A stretch of DNA of 64,000 nt from Camelus ferus (GCF_009834535.1 NC_045696.1:27344001-27408000), one strand, 5' to 3'. Shown: positions 39,261 through 51,523, numbered from the stretch's first letter. The notes: generated from the letters alone by a model not told the origin. Made by a program: numbers and translations.

Positions 39261-40636
39261 AACAGAAAAACGTTCTCTTCCCTCCTAATATGATGCCTAG
39301 GAGAAAATTTTATATGTCATCGCTGTTTGTAAGGAAATTTTCATCAATGAGAAGAAAAAAGATTGCAAATAGAGAACATACTGAAAAGATGTTAGATTCT
39401 AAAAATGAGGCAACAATTACTTTTATTATAGAATTGCCAGATTATAGGCAAAATAAAGTGATCTAGATTATTCAGTTTCTACTAGTTATTTTCTGCTAAT
39501 AATTCTAGTTTCAAATAGCAGGTGGTCCTTTCATTTTTTTCTACACCTCATTTCTTAAAGGCCAGTGTATCTAGCCTTCTTTTTGAGCTGTTCCTGTGAA
39601 ACACAATACATTCATGAAGACTTCCTCCTCATTTTCCTCTTACAAGCTAAGAAATGGTTGCTGTTGACAGCATGAAGAGTGAGAGCATAGAGACAGATCA
39701 GCCAATGGACTCAACTGTGGCTTAGGAAACTAGCCACACAGGTACAGCTTATTTTGCAGAAAACCAAAAGGGAATAGGAAGAAGGCTACTGAGTCTATCC
39801 TATCAAGGAAAGTCTCCATACTGTATCTTGAGAGTGATTCCCTCTTGAATGTGCACGCATATTTTAAAAGATGTAAAATTGTGCAGTGACACTATGTGTT
39901 GCAATGTGTACTTAAAAGATTTCCCTTCTATGTAAGAATCATATGTACTTAAAATCTGTGCTATAAACTGTGGTGTCTTTAAGAGCATACCAAATTGTTC
40001 TGCTTCAAAGCCCACTGAAGCCAACAAAAAACCCGCCACCCCCAGCACTCAGAACTACTCTTTCAAAACTAATACATCTTTTCATATAGATTGGAACATT
40101 TAGATTTGGTAAATATGCTGGCCTATTATTTGGAGACTTTTGTCTGTTTATTTTTCAGGATTTCTATTGTTAATTCTGTTCTAAATCTGAGAATTAATAA
40201 AAATGGAATATTGAGACAGCCCTGATTTTTTCCCTCAAACACATAATAGATTTATTTGTGTATTAAAAAATGAAGCTAGCCTTATTTCTCAAGCATTTTA
40301 GCTTAGGTTTCTTCTTTCTTCCACTAAAACATTTCCTGTGTATACAACACAATTAAGAAAAACCACAACAGTCGTTTTCTGCCAGTGGGAATGTTTCAAA
40401 AACTATTACTTCAGAGTGGCTTCCTTTCTTTCCCCCCATTTTTGGAGGCAAAAGAGTCCTTTATTAAACCCACTGCACCTCTCAATCATTCCTCCCACTC
40501 TTCTTTTTTTCCCACTCTGAAGAAAATAATATAGAGGAAAAAAAAAGTTCTGGGGAAGACTTTTTTTTTTCCATCGATGAGTAGTCTGGAATCTAGCAAT
40601 TGGATGAGAAATGATCTGTTCCTTGACTTAACTCAC

Positions 40637-40910
40637 CAGAGCAAATGCAAAGAGAGAAAACACTCAGGGTTTGGCAACATGTTTTTCCTCTGGACATGTT
40701 CCATAGGCTTGTGGCACAACTGCTGTACGTCTATTAAGAGTTCCAGCGTCTATTGGTTGGGTTCATCTGCTTCAGGCATTTCCCTTTTAAGCTCAGCACT
40801 TGTTGGGCATATAAGAGCTCCTTGAGGGTTCAGTTTCAAAAGCCTCTCTCGGTGACAAGAGCTCCTTCTGCATGTTCCTTTATACAGCTTCCTGTTTGTG
40901 CCTGTTTATT
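40637..40910 (-). promoter_or_regulatory. Candidate minus-strand TATA promoter and first exon
   Basis: On the minus strand: forkhead-like ATAAACA, ETS ACAGGAAG and TATAAAG (40884-40878), then a CTG|gtgagt donor ~240 nt downstream. Motif evidence only. Confidence 0.3.
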
Positions 40911-41894
40911 AAATGCCCTTTTCCAAGTAACCATTGACTGTTGGAACTTTTACAGGATTCATAATGATTCATTTGATCTTCAAATGCCTGGAAAGAATCA
41001 TGATTGGTCCTATCCTCATTCTACCACTTGAAAGTCTGTCAGCTCAATTAACACATTCTCAGTCCTGCACTACAAGGGCTTCCTTGGGAAAGTTTGAATC
41101 AAAGTAAGAGAAATTTAGAATTTATGTACATTTTTTTTTCTTTTCATGTGTTTACCATGTTGAGAAATATATTTGCCAGAAGATTTCTTGAGACTAATTT
41201 GGTGTCCTTCCCCATTTTTGTGTCTTAATGACACAAATCACATGAGAAAGTCACTAAGAAATGTGGAATTGTAAATTTCTTCTTAAAGCATGTACTTAAA
41301 TTACTTATATACAAATAATTGTCAGTTAGCCATATTTAAAACTACTTATATAATTCTCTGATATATTTTTAATAAATGAATGTATCTATTTTTCTAACTT
41401 TAAACTTAGGTCTTAAGATCACCATTACTTGGTTCTTCTCATAATCACAATAGTATCCAAATATGAATATATTTTGGGGTTTGAGAATAAAGTAATTTTG
41501 GTCATATTCATTATAGCATCTTCTTTAGAGTAACTAATTAGGTCTACTGAAGAAAAATATACCAATATGTTTCATTCATATTATTTTAAGCCTAAACTTT
41601 GTGCTCTCTGGATTTTGAAATATACTCTACAGATAAAACATTTTTGTTCTGTCAAGCAGTATACTATATTACAAATGAAAGAATAAAACACATAACATAT
41701 ACACATTAGTAATGGTGTAATCACACTTTATTTTAGCCAGTGGTATACTTGTGCTAAAATTATAGTTATTATATAGCAATAATGTTTTACTTATAAAGGA
41801 TTTTCAAAAGCAATTATTAAAAAATTTAACTTGTTGTCTCTAATTTGGAGTTATTTATAGTTGACCTTAATCCCAACCAACACAGCACCTGATT

Positions 41895-42280
41895 TAGACT
41901 TGAGGTATCAGTCAAAGTTCCTGGAAGTGGTATCTAAATTGAGAACCAACAGGGAAAAGGAGATCTGTTGGAATGAGAGGTGGTTAAAGTGCTTCAAGAT
42001 GGGGAAGAGGCATGTGAAAAGTGGGAAGACAGAGTATGACCTGCTTTAGCACTAAAGCAATGTTTCGAAAAGTGATCAGTGTTTGTGAAAGTGGGAAGAA
42101 GGTTTGAAGAGATGAGACTATAGAGATAAATAAGGGACAGATGGAGTAGGATTTATAAGCCATATTATAATGTCTGAACTTGATGAATTAGGAAGCCCCT
42201 GAAGGTTTTATTCTATTTTGTTTTAAGCAGGGGAATTGCATAACCAGATTCACATTACAGAAAGATAACTTTGGCAGAAG
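41895..42280 (-). mobile_element. L2 fragment
   Basis: 'gagatgagactatagagataaataagggacagatggagtagg...ttttaagcaggggaattgcataaccagattcacattacagaaagataactttggcag'. Confidence 0.75.
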
Positions 42281-42334
42281 CTATCTGGAACTCCATTCCA
42301 ATGACATTGATATTCTTGTAAAGTAAAAAACGTG

Positions 42335-42944
42335 TGAAATCCCCCAAGATAGAGAATGAGTTTAAACAAACACTTTTATACTAAAAGATACAGATTTGAC
42401 ATTTTAAATCTCTATAATAGTATTTTTAAATTAGTGATTGGCATGTGCATGAGTTCTAAAATGGGATTCTTGCATATGGTACTTTTACAGAATGAGAAAG
42501 TAGTATTTGGTAATTAATATAGTGCTTTATAGTTACTCATTTTTTTTCACATGTTCACTTAATGATTTAGATCTTCTAGAATAGGACAATAAAGGATTAA
42601 AAAAAAGGAAGGTCTTTCTAACAGTAGAAAATTATAAGATATTTCATTTTTTTCCCAAGAATTTCCCACAGAGCAATTTATAAGGAGAAATGTACAAACA
42701 GCGGTAGGATCAAGTATTCTGGAATGTAAAAGAGAAAAAAGAAATTATACTCATTTGGTTATTTTTCTCTTAAGAAAATAATATTTTCTGGTGTAAACAA
42801 CTTCATAGAGAAACCAAGTGACATTTCCCCTGTTTGAACTCTTGGTCCTTTTTCTAACCTTAGGTATTTCCCAAAGAAACTAAAATGCTATATCTAATAA
42901 TGGATAACACAGGAAACTGACTTTCAGAGTAAAAGGAATTTCCC
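42335..42944 (-). promoter_or_regulatory. Candidate NF-kB enhancer
   Basis: One perfect GGGAAATTCC (42935-42944) and four co-oriented near-consensus kB sites in unique sequence. Confidence 0.35.
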
Positions 42945-45309
42945 TCCCATAAGCAAATGAGCCTTGGTTATTTTTTCCTTTTTAGTGAAAAAAATGTTCT
43001 CATAGTTCATTGGAAGTAAAATGCCAACAACTGCAAACCTACACAGATTTCAGAGTTGTGAAACGTGAATAAAAAGATGGTATTAGAATTGATGGTATTC
43101 TGAAGTGACAGAAAAGATGAAGTTACTACAGAACTTTCTTCGGTTCCTGTCAGAATCAAAGCAACAATGAAGAGTTTGTCGTATACAAACAAAAGTTATG
43201 GAGAACATATGGTGTCATCCTTTTAGGTTCTAATTTAAACATTTGTATGCATACATACGGTATATGCATGTGTATTTGCGTATGTGGATGTGTGTGTAAA
43301 GACTGAAGTTCCAAAGGGAAAATAAAGAAGGGAAAGGAAAGGGGGAGCTGGCATGCCATATCACAAAATGAAAATAAGCTGTAGCATTATTAGTATTAAT
43401 GGCCAACAAACATTTGCTAAAACCTTGTAAACACATTAACAAGATTCGGCATTACATTCTCTGCCATGAAACTGTGAGAGAATGGCAATGAACAATGGTG
43501 CTTTCGTAACATAGGAACTGAAATTTGTCCATTTTCCTCATGAGGGTTTTAGGAGAGTTTATTAAGTCATATTAGATACACATATTATAATAAGAATGAG
43601 GAAATTTTTCTACAAAATAATTTATTTCATAGGCTATTACATGGTTTTCATCTCCCCAAAATCAGAACTCCACTTCCTGACCAATGATTGGGTTAAAACC
43701 ATCTAAAATTAATACTGTAATGTATACTTTAAATGTTATGCCTAGCTAAAGCCAACATTACTGAAATAATGATGGGTGAAAATAAAATACAAAGATTTTT
43801 AGAATTAAATTGTAATAATAACCAAAGCAGAGAAATGTAAATGCCATAGCCTCAATGACTTTAAATATATTGTTAAAATATTCCGATCTTAAAAACGGGT
43901 TTCATAATTCAGCACTCATGTTACAAGCAACTGTCCCAGGTTGGAGAGAGATGTAGGAAATTTTGGACCTAAAAATGTAAGACATATGGTCTTGATTGCC
44001 TTTTGCAGCTACGTTAAGAGTTCAGTGTAAAGAAAAGCTTTCCAAATGCCAGCTTGCAAACTAGGTTTTTATGTGAAACTCTAATAAAACAGCAGCAGAT
44101 GTTTCTATGCTATTAATTTGTTTGGGACATTTTTGGCTGGCTCATTCCAAATCAACTGTTATCCCTTGTCCAACAACTGCAGCATTCATTTCTTTTTTAC
44201 ACATGGAGACAGAAACAGAAAGGAAGCTTTTCCTTTGGAATAGATATTGCATCAATTTGCTATATTCATAGGAAAGTGAATGCCAGCAGTTGTTCTTTTT
44301 TTTCCTTTCTTTCTTTTTTATATATATTTTTTGAATTGGGGGATGAGGTGGGGGGGATTATCCAAACAAGGACTTGCAGACTAATGAAACAAATCTTGAC
44401 TTATTTACTTCTAAAATCTGCTTATATTGATGTAGATGACTGATAAATGTATTCTGGTGCTGACTTACAGGACAAAAAGATCATCACCTCATCTGTGTTC
44501 CCACTATCAGTCAATTCACTTCCATTCCCCTTCTCTCAACCTTGTAATCCATTTTTGCTGCCCCAAAGATCTTAACAGATCACCTTGCATTGGATGTAAT
44601 ATATCTCTTGCTGATTTTTATTACCAACAGTGGACATGTTTTACCTTCAGAAAGAAAATAAACATGATTTTAAAATGTAAAGCCTTTCTTCAACCTAGTC
44701 ATTTTTCAGATTATGCATTAATCAAACTTTCCCAGCAAAAGTGAAAGGAAAAAATAGATCCAGTTGGTTTTTTCCAGTGAAGCCAAAGGTGTTCACTCCT
44801 AACCAGTTTTCCTCTGTAACTGGGCAGTTTGCTGTCTACAAAATTACACTTTCTGGCTGGTAATACTGAGAATTCGTTTCTAAGGATCATTCTCAGTCCA
44901 TACAGATTATTAATATCTTTCAAGATTACACAGAAATCCTTAATGGGATTCAGATAGAAGCCCTAAAGCCTATTAACTCTATGAAATTACTCGGGCTGAA
45001 GTGCCAGAATGATTTGGATTTCAGTTTTGTTTCGAAAACAAGTGAAATAAAGTATCATTAACAAATTCAACTACAGTTGGTTCAAGCTCAAAGTCTGCAC
45101 ATTCTAGTGTAATTAGAGACAAGAAAGTTTTAAAGCCCTAATGGAATTTTCTTTAATTCTCTCCTTAATTGGAAAATGTTTGCTACTTGGAAGTATTTCC
45201 ATGATATAAGAGCCAACTAACAAAGCAAAGTACCTTATAAGACTCTTTCTCTATATGTATCTTCTCTGATCTTTTGACACTATAGTTGCTTTTCCAGGCC
45301 CATGGGAAC

Positions 45310-45790
45310 AGCTAAATCCTACAATATCTCTCAATTGCCCTAAGGATAGAATCCATGTTCTTAAATGACGAGCATCTTTCTGACCTGGCTCCTCTCCTGC
45401 TCAACTCTCCACTTCGTCTGTTGTCATGCTTGACCTCCCTGGACACCCTGTCTTCAAGGCCAACAGAACTAATTTCAGTTCCTAAACTACTCACCACCTC
45501 TCTAGCCACTGTTTCGAGGCTTGTATATTATTTACTACATCTCAAAGTCTTAACTAGCTTCCTACTATATAGCAAATTTGTCTAGATCTTTTTTTCACCT
45601 ATAAATTTCTCCTAATTCCTTTCTTCCCAAAGCATCTACCTTCTCATCCTCGCCTCCTAAACATAACATAGGGGAAATCTCATTTCTGTGTTCTCACATA
45701 AAACAGTCTTTACCTTTGTAAGAGCAGAATACATCGCACATGTCAGTCTCACCCAAGCTCCTTCACAGTAAGAAACGTTTAGTGTTACCA
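45310..45790 (+). mobile_element. Degenerate L2 fragment
   Basis: 'ctctcaattgccctaaggatagaatcc...ctttctgacctggctcct'. Confidence 0.5.
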
Positions 45791-45949
45791 TGAAATCCTC
45801 TTTTCCTAGCATAACACCTGAATTTTGGATGCCATTTGACAATATGCTTGGAACTGAACGCTCTTTAGTACTTCTGCAGCACCAGGACAGGTTTTGTTAC
45901 GCAGAGACCATGTAGCTGCATTTCTTCATTCTGCTCATTTTGCTAAATC

Positions 45950-46605
45950 AAGAATGGGCTGTCTAAACCTAACTTGTCCCAAACTGAATCTCTGTGCTGA
46001 ACCCTCTTCTAACCCTCCTTCCAATCATGTTCCTCCTACACTCACCCCTGACTCAAAACCCTCCAATTTTCCCATCTCAGAGTAAAAGCCAAAATTGTTA
46101 TAATAGCCTTCAAGACTCTATAGCATGTGCTCACCTTATCACCTCTCTCACTTCTTTTTATATACTTCCATCTTACTCACTCTGTCTCAGCCACGTTTTG
46201 GTCCTGGCCATTCTTTCAATGCCGCAGGGACACCTCCTCCCTCAGGACTTTGGCAGCTACTGTTCCTTCTGCATGGATAATGGACACCCACAGAGTTCCT
46301 TCCTTCACCGTCAGATTCTTAGTCAAGTGACACTTACTCAGGGGGGCCTATCTTGGGCCCTTTATTTAAACCTGAATGAATATCCTCACATTTGGCATCT
46401 CCTACCAGCTCTTTCTGCTTTAGTCTTTCCTCATCTAACAAACCACATACTTTGCTTATTTATATTACTGAATATCCTCTCTTCTGTTCTGCAACGCCAT
46501 GAAAATAGGAATTTGAAAATGTTTTGTTTTGTTCTTTGTCTCCCCAGCACCTAGAATAGTGTCTGCCATTAGGGAGATACTAAATAAATATTTAACTGAA
46601 TGATA
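45950..46605 (+). mobile_element. L2a-like 3' portion
   Basis: 'aaacctaacttgtcccaaactgaa', 'cctcaggactttggcagctactgttccttctgcatgga' and the tail 'tctccccagcacctagaatagtgtctgcc...aataaatatttaactgaatga'. This accounts for ORF 45994-46554. Confidence 0.85.
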
Positions 46606-48039
46606 TCTAATAAATATAATAAAACTGAACTACATATTTGTATTTCTAAGCATATTTAGCTATGCTAAAATAAACTAAACTCTTGACCTTGATCATTATT
46701 TTTCATTGCACTTTTGTAATTATTCATGTGGTAGAACTGAAAAACTAATCAGTATAAAATGTTAACAGCTTACACCTACTGTCTATAAATATTTTTGCTT
46801 ATTTTGGTAGTTTTTTAGAAATTAATAGAACTTCAGCTAAAAAATTTCTTTAGATCTTAGAAAAATATAAACTAAATGGTTCCAGATTCTTTAACAAAAC
46901 TAAAACACACAGCTATTTTGTCAGTCATTATATGATCTGTTCTTCGGAAAAATAAAACCACAACTTAACCAAATTTAAAATAATTAGAAAATAGTTTTTA
47001 TATTAAATTTTATTCATCTAGAAGTTTTAAACATGTGTACATACACACTAACACACACACATCGCACTTTGATAACACAATGAAAACAGGAGATTTTCAA
47101 AGTCATAAAGTTTGAAATTCACATATCTGAGCTGAAAGCTCATGTTTGTAAAACATCTGTTGAGTTTAAAATCATTTATTGATTTTGCTGGTTTTTACAA
47201 GGGATAAGTACTTGTATAAATATATAAATATAGATGTGTCTTTATTCACCTGGACCCAAACTGAATATACATGGCCCTAACTTAAAATCAGTTTATTCTT
47301 ACACTGGAACATTAATATACTATACTCCCAGATAATCCAAAGTCAGTTAAATAGAATCCTCAGAAAAACTCCTTTTAACCAAAATATATTTCTGTCAATC
47401 ATATTAAAAAAAGAAAGTTATATATCATGCCATGCACACCTGTGCCTTCATTCCCAAGGTTACACAGTAGGTGAATCAGAGACCTCAGCCCAGGCAGTCT
47501 GACTATAGAGCTCTTTATTAATCACAACTCTACACTGCCTCACTGTAGCACTGGCCTCAGGCTGTTGACATTCATTTCTGCTCTCACTTCTATCATAGTA
47601 ATTAACAGTTATCTTTTAATGAATGTCCACTACAGACAAAGCTTACTTGAGTCCTAGCTGTAAGCTCTAACTTACTAACTACCTGAGTGTTGTCCTGTTA
47701 GCCTGGATCAGAGTGGAGAGATTCATTCCTTTGTGTATTCATTCACTCATATTTAAGTAAGTGTTTCATTCCTCTCAAATCCTAGACCCATTAGCTTACC
47801 AGGCTGTTCAGTTAAGTGTATGTCAATTCTCTCACTTGGCAAATTGCAGGTGTGTGTTTCTGAGGTGAATATTTAAAATAGGGTGCAAGGTGCTTTAGGC
47901 ACAGCTACTCCACTATTGATGAACCGTTTTATTTTTTACCAGCTGGTGGAAAATGAGGCTTTCTGACATTTTTTGCCTTTGATTTTGAGAACAGAAATAA
48001 TTTCTAATACATAAAAATATAAGGGATCGTGTCAAATTG

Positions 48040-48345
48040 CTAATAATCTAGAAATTCAAGGTTGGTTTATCATTTAAAAATGTAGACAGGAATTTACTAC
48101 ATCAATAGATTAGGTGGGTAAAAACACAGATGGCATATCCAACATACCCAGGAAAGTCATTCCATACAATTTAAAAATAACTCATGAAAAAAAAGAAGAA
48201 GAAGAAAATTAAAGAGATAGTATATATTAACACGACAGAGCAAATATTATTCTTTATAGAGAAATATTAGAAGCAGTTCTTTCTGAATTAGGAACAAGAT
48301 AGATAAGGTTGGTATCACCATTCCCATTCAACATTGTTCCTACAA
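48040..48345 (+). mobile_element. Old L1 ORF2 (RT region) fragment
   Basis: 'gaaattcaaggttggttt' and 'aggaacaagatagataagg...tatcaccattcccattcaacattgt' resemble the L1 ORF2 segment encoding GTRQGCPLSPLLFNIV. Confidence 0.65.
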
Positions 48346-48739
48346 AATAAATTTAGAGAATTTCAACCTCAAAAATCCCTACAGTCATGGATGATTTCAG
48401 TGATCATGGTACCAACCATCACGGTTCCTAACTAAGACCATGTAACTGGAACCTAGAAAATGAGGTAAAAATATTGGATTCCAGAGTGGACATCTAAGAC
48501 CTACAGAGGTGAGGCTGTCAGAATTTCTTCAGATCTCATCCCAAGGTCTTGAGTAATCCAGCATTGGAAGGTATAGGCCCTTATGGTTCAATCAAAGCAC
48601 AGATAAGCCAAAGCTGTGCACAAAACTTCAAGCCAAAACTACCTGGCTACATTTTGCAGCCAGAACAGGTAAGGATAAGAGTCCATCCACATCACGTTGA
48701 GTGTTCTTTCCTATCTGAACTCCCACAGTCTAGTACCGG

Positions 48740-49395
48740 GAAGGTTCGAGTAAACCCGCAGTGGAGGGCGTTAGGCCAGGACGACAGTCAAGCTGAGAAA
48801 GTGGATGGAAGGCCTGATTGGATCGCGGAGGCCCCAGGCTGCCCAGGCTCCCTGCTGGTGTTTAGGTCTCGGACCCCACCTTGGAGTTCAGGAGGCCAAG
48901 GCTCTCTGAGGTTTGGGGCAGAGATGACCCAGATTCCTTAAGTCCCACAGCCAGATGCTCTCGGGGTGACATCATTCATTCACCGCCCAATGGGAGGTCC
49001 CTGCAAGCTCTGACCTCCTTCAATCCCCTTAGAAGCTGAAGCGGCTGATGACGGTTTGTGGAGGTCGCCATCCTGCCATCAGCACGGCAGCCCTGGATGC
49101 CTGGGCCTACATTCGAGGCAGGGGCCTGCTGCTCTGAGCAGTGGCGGGCTGTGACCATGTCCTCATGCTCAGTGAAAGTAGGAGCAGGCAGATCCTCGGC
49201 GGCCCAAGCGGCCCTGACAGACCCCAGGAGCCAGCAGCCACCTGAGAGCTTTACTGCCTGGAGCCTGCACGTGCTGCTGGGAATTGGGCGGCTGGCGCTG
49301 CAGGCGAACGCGCTGCATTCAGCGTTTGTCTGACTGTTTCTTGACGCGTGGGTTGCAGCGTCCGCCAAGGGCCTGTTCTACTTTCTCGTCCACTT
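48740..49395. other. GC/CpG-rich island-like segment of unknown origin
   Basis: Roughly 30 CpGs by eye and high GC in an otherwise AT-rich, CpG-poor window. Contains adjacent CCAAT and GC boxes. Confidence 0.75.
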
Positions 49396-50116
49396 TTTAT
49401 TGGGCTATTTGCCACCCCATCCCCACTCTGCACCGTTTAATATATTTTAATGTATATATTTTTATTGGAAATGTTAATCCTTTTCATATGTGTAGTGAAA
49501 AACTTGATTCCTGCCAGGTTCTTTACACTCTTTATGGTGTCTTTTTGATGCACTGAAGATTCTAATTTAATGACAAATTTAGTGATCTTATTTTATGACT
49601 AGTGCTGCTAGAGTCTGTTTATCTTTACCCTAAAGTCATAAAGATTTATTCTTAAATTGTTTTATAGTTTTTCTTTTCACATTTATGAGTTTTATCTGTC
49701 TGACACTTATGTCTTTGTAGAATGTGGAAGAAGTGACTACCTCTTTTTTTTTTTTTTTCCTTTTCCCATATTGACAGTTTTTACTGAAACAATCATCTTT
49801 TCTTCCCGACCTGTAATATCTCCTCTGTCATAAATCAGTTTCCATCTGTCTCTGGCTCTGTTTCTGGGCACTCAACTCTGCCTGTTGACCTGTTTGCCTA
49901 TCTTTGTCCTAGTCTTCATTACTGTAGCCTTATACTGTTTTTACATCCTCTCACCTAATTCTTATTCTTAGACCTGTCTTGGTTATTTTTGATTTCTTGT
50001 CCTTACACAAGAATTTTGTATCAGCTTGTCATCCCCCCTCATATGCATACACACACACACACACGTGCACACACACACACACACACACACCCCTATTGAG
50101 ATTTTTATTGGAATTG
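49395..50116 (-). mobile_element. Old L1 (L1M-type) ORF2 fragment
   Basis: 'tttttattgggctatttgcc', 'ctttatggtgtctttttgatgcactgaag', 'ttttgtatcagcttgtc' and 'gagatttttattggaattg' are antisense L1 ORF2 phrases. Contains (CA)n at ~50049-50090. Confidence 0.75.
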
Positions 50117-50413
50117 AAAGCAAAGAAAATAAAATAGTCTTCTTATTCTCAATGAGGGAAAACTATTTTCATCTAAGATCTACTATAGCTATTTAGTGCC
50201 TAATGGGATAGGATTTTTACAATTTTTTTATTCAATCCATTCTCCCATCTCTGTAAACAGGTCTTTATAATGCATCCAGGTTGCTGGAACAGAATTGAAA
50301 GAGCATGATGTAACAAAAACATACAGTGATTCAATTCGAAAGCTAAAGTATCTCAGTTAGCCCACACTCAGAAATTTCTTTATTTTCTGTCAGGTTGGGT
50401 CTACTTATGTATT

Positions 50414-50719
50414 TATTTTTTAACATTTTTTATTGATTTATAATCATTTTACAATGTTGTGTCAAATTCCAGTGTAGAGCACAGTTTTTCAGTTATACAT
50501 GAACATATATATATTCATTGTCACATTTTTTTCTCTGTGAGCTACCATAAGACCTTGTATATATTTCCCTGTGCTATACGGTATAATCTTGTTTATCTAT
50601 TCTACAATTTTGAAATCCCAATCTATCCCTTCCCACCCCCTGCCCCCTTGGCAACTACAAGTTTGTATTCTGTATCTGTGAGTCTATTTCTGTTTTGTAT
50701 TTATGCTTTGGGTTTTTTT
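50414..50719 (-). mobile_element. Young camelid-type L1 3' end, ~310 bp
   Basis: Closely matches 13261-13565. TSD tacttatgtatt at 50402-50413 and 50720-50731. Confidence 0.92.
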
Positions 50720-50894
50720 TACTTATGTATTATTTTAGTGTATGCATTATATGTATGATTAAAGGCAAATTTCTTTAAGACAGAAAACCATTTGTTTACT
50801 CCTGATGCTTTTCAATTTTTGAGTGTCTATGTAGGCCATGCCTAGCAAAGAATTAAGTATTTCATGTTTAATCATTTATGTTTATAATAATAGT

Positions 50895-51025
50895 ATAGGA
50901 TAGATACCGTTATTTCCATTTTATACCTGCGGAAATTGAATCCTAGAGAGGGTAGGTAACTTGCCCAAGGACAAACAGCCAATAAATAATAGAATCTGGA
51001 TTGAAACCCAAGCATTCTTACCTGA
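50895..51025 (-). mobile_element. MIR
   Basis: 'ttatttccattttatacctgcggaaattgaatcctagagagggtaggtaacttgcccaaggacaaacagc...ggattgaaaccca'. Confidence 0.8.
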
Positions 51026-51467
51026 AAGTAGGTTGAATAAATGTCTATTATTTGTATAAAAAATGGTAATAGAACTCAGATTTGGAAGAGACCAATGTGG
51101 ATACATTGTAAGTGATTAAAGATGTATGATATTAATTGAGCTTTTATTTGCTTAAATCATTCATTGTTGATAGGTTGAGTCTGCACCAGACCTGTGATCC
51201 CCACTCTGGAATTATTCCATTCAGCTGTGGCTAGATCTATGCATTGTTCCTCTTGCCAAGAACTGCGGCAGTCCAGGGAGCCTCTCATTCTGGTCTGTAA
51301 CTATATTAAAACTACTACAAATAACTGCTGAACAGACTGTCTCTTATATCATTCAAACCATAAGTTCAGTGGCAATGTGCCACCACAACTCTCTCTGATT
51401 TGGTAGCTATAAAATTTGTTCTAAGATTCTTTCTTTTGAAAAAAAAAAATCCCCTTTCACTGTCTCT

Positions 51468-51470
<3 letters not shown>

Positions 51471-51523
<53 letters not shown>
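51471..51523. repeat. (AC)n microsatellite
   Basis: About 26 perfect AC units. Confidence 0.97.

Noticed and set aside
43007..43192. 61-aa ORF with a signal-peptide-like start
   Set aside because: It starts at TTG, its hydrophobicity follows from T-richness, and I recognise no homology.
45994..46554. Longest ORF in the window (186 aa)
   Set aside because: It lies wholly within an L2 remnant, has low-complexity Leu/Ser-rich translation and resembles no protein I recognise.
48549..49368. Overlapping 90-130 aa ORFs in the GC-rich block as a gene or processed pseudogene
   Set aside because: Long ORFs are expected at high GC. I recognise no protein, and there is no poly-A or TSD. A faint resemblance of the ATGGCGACCTCCACA start to UBE2V2 does not extend.
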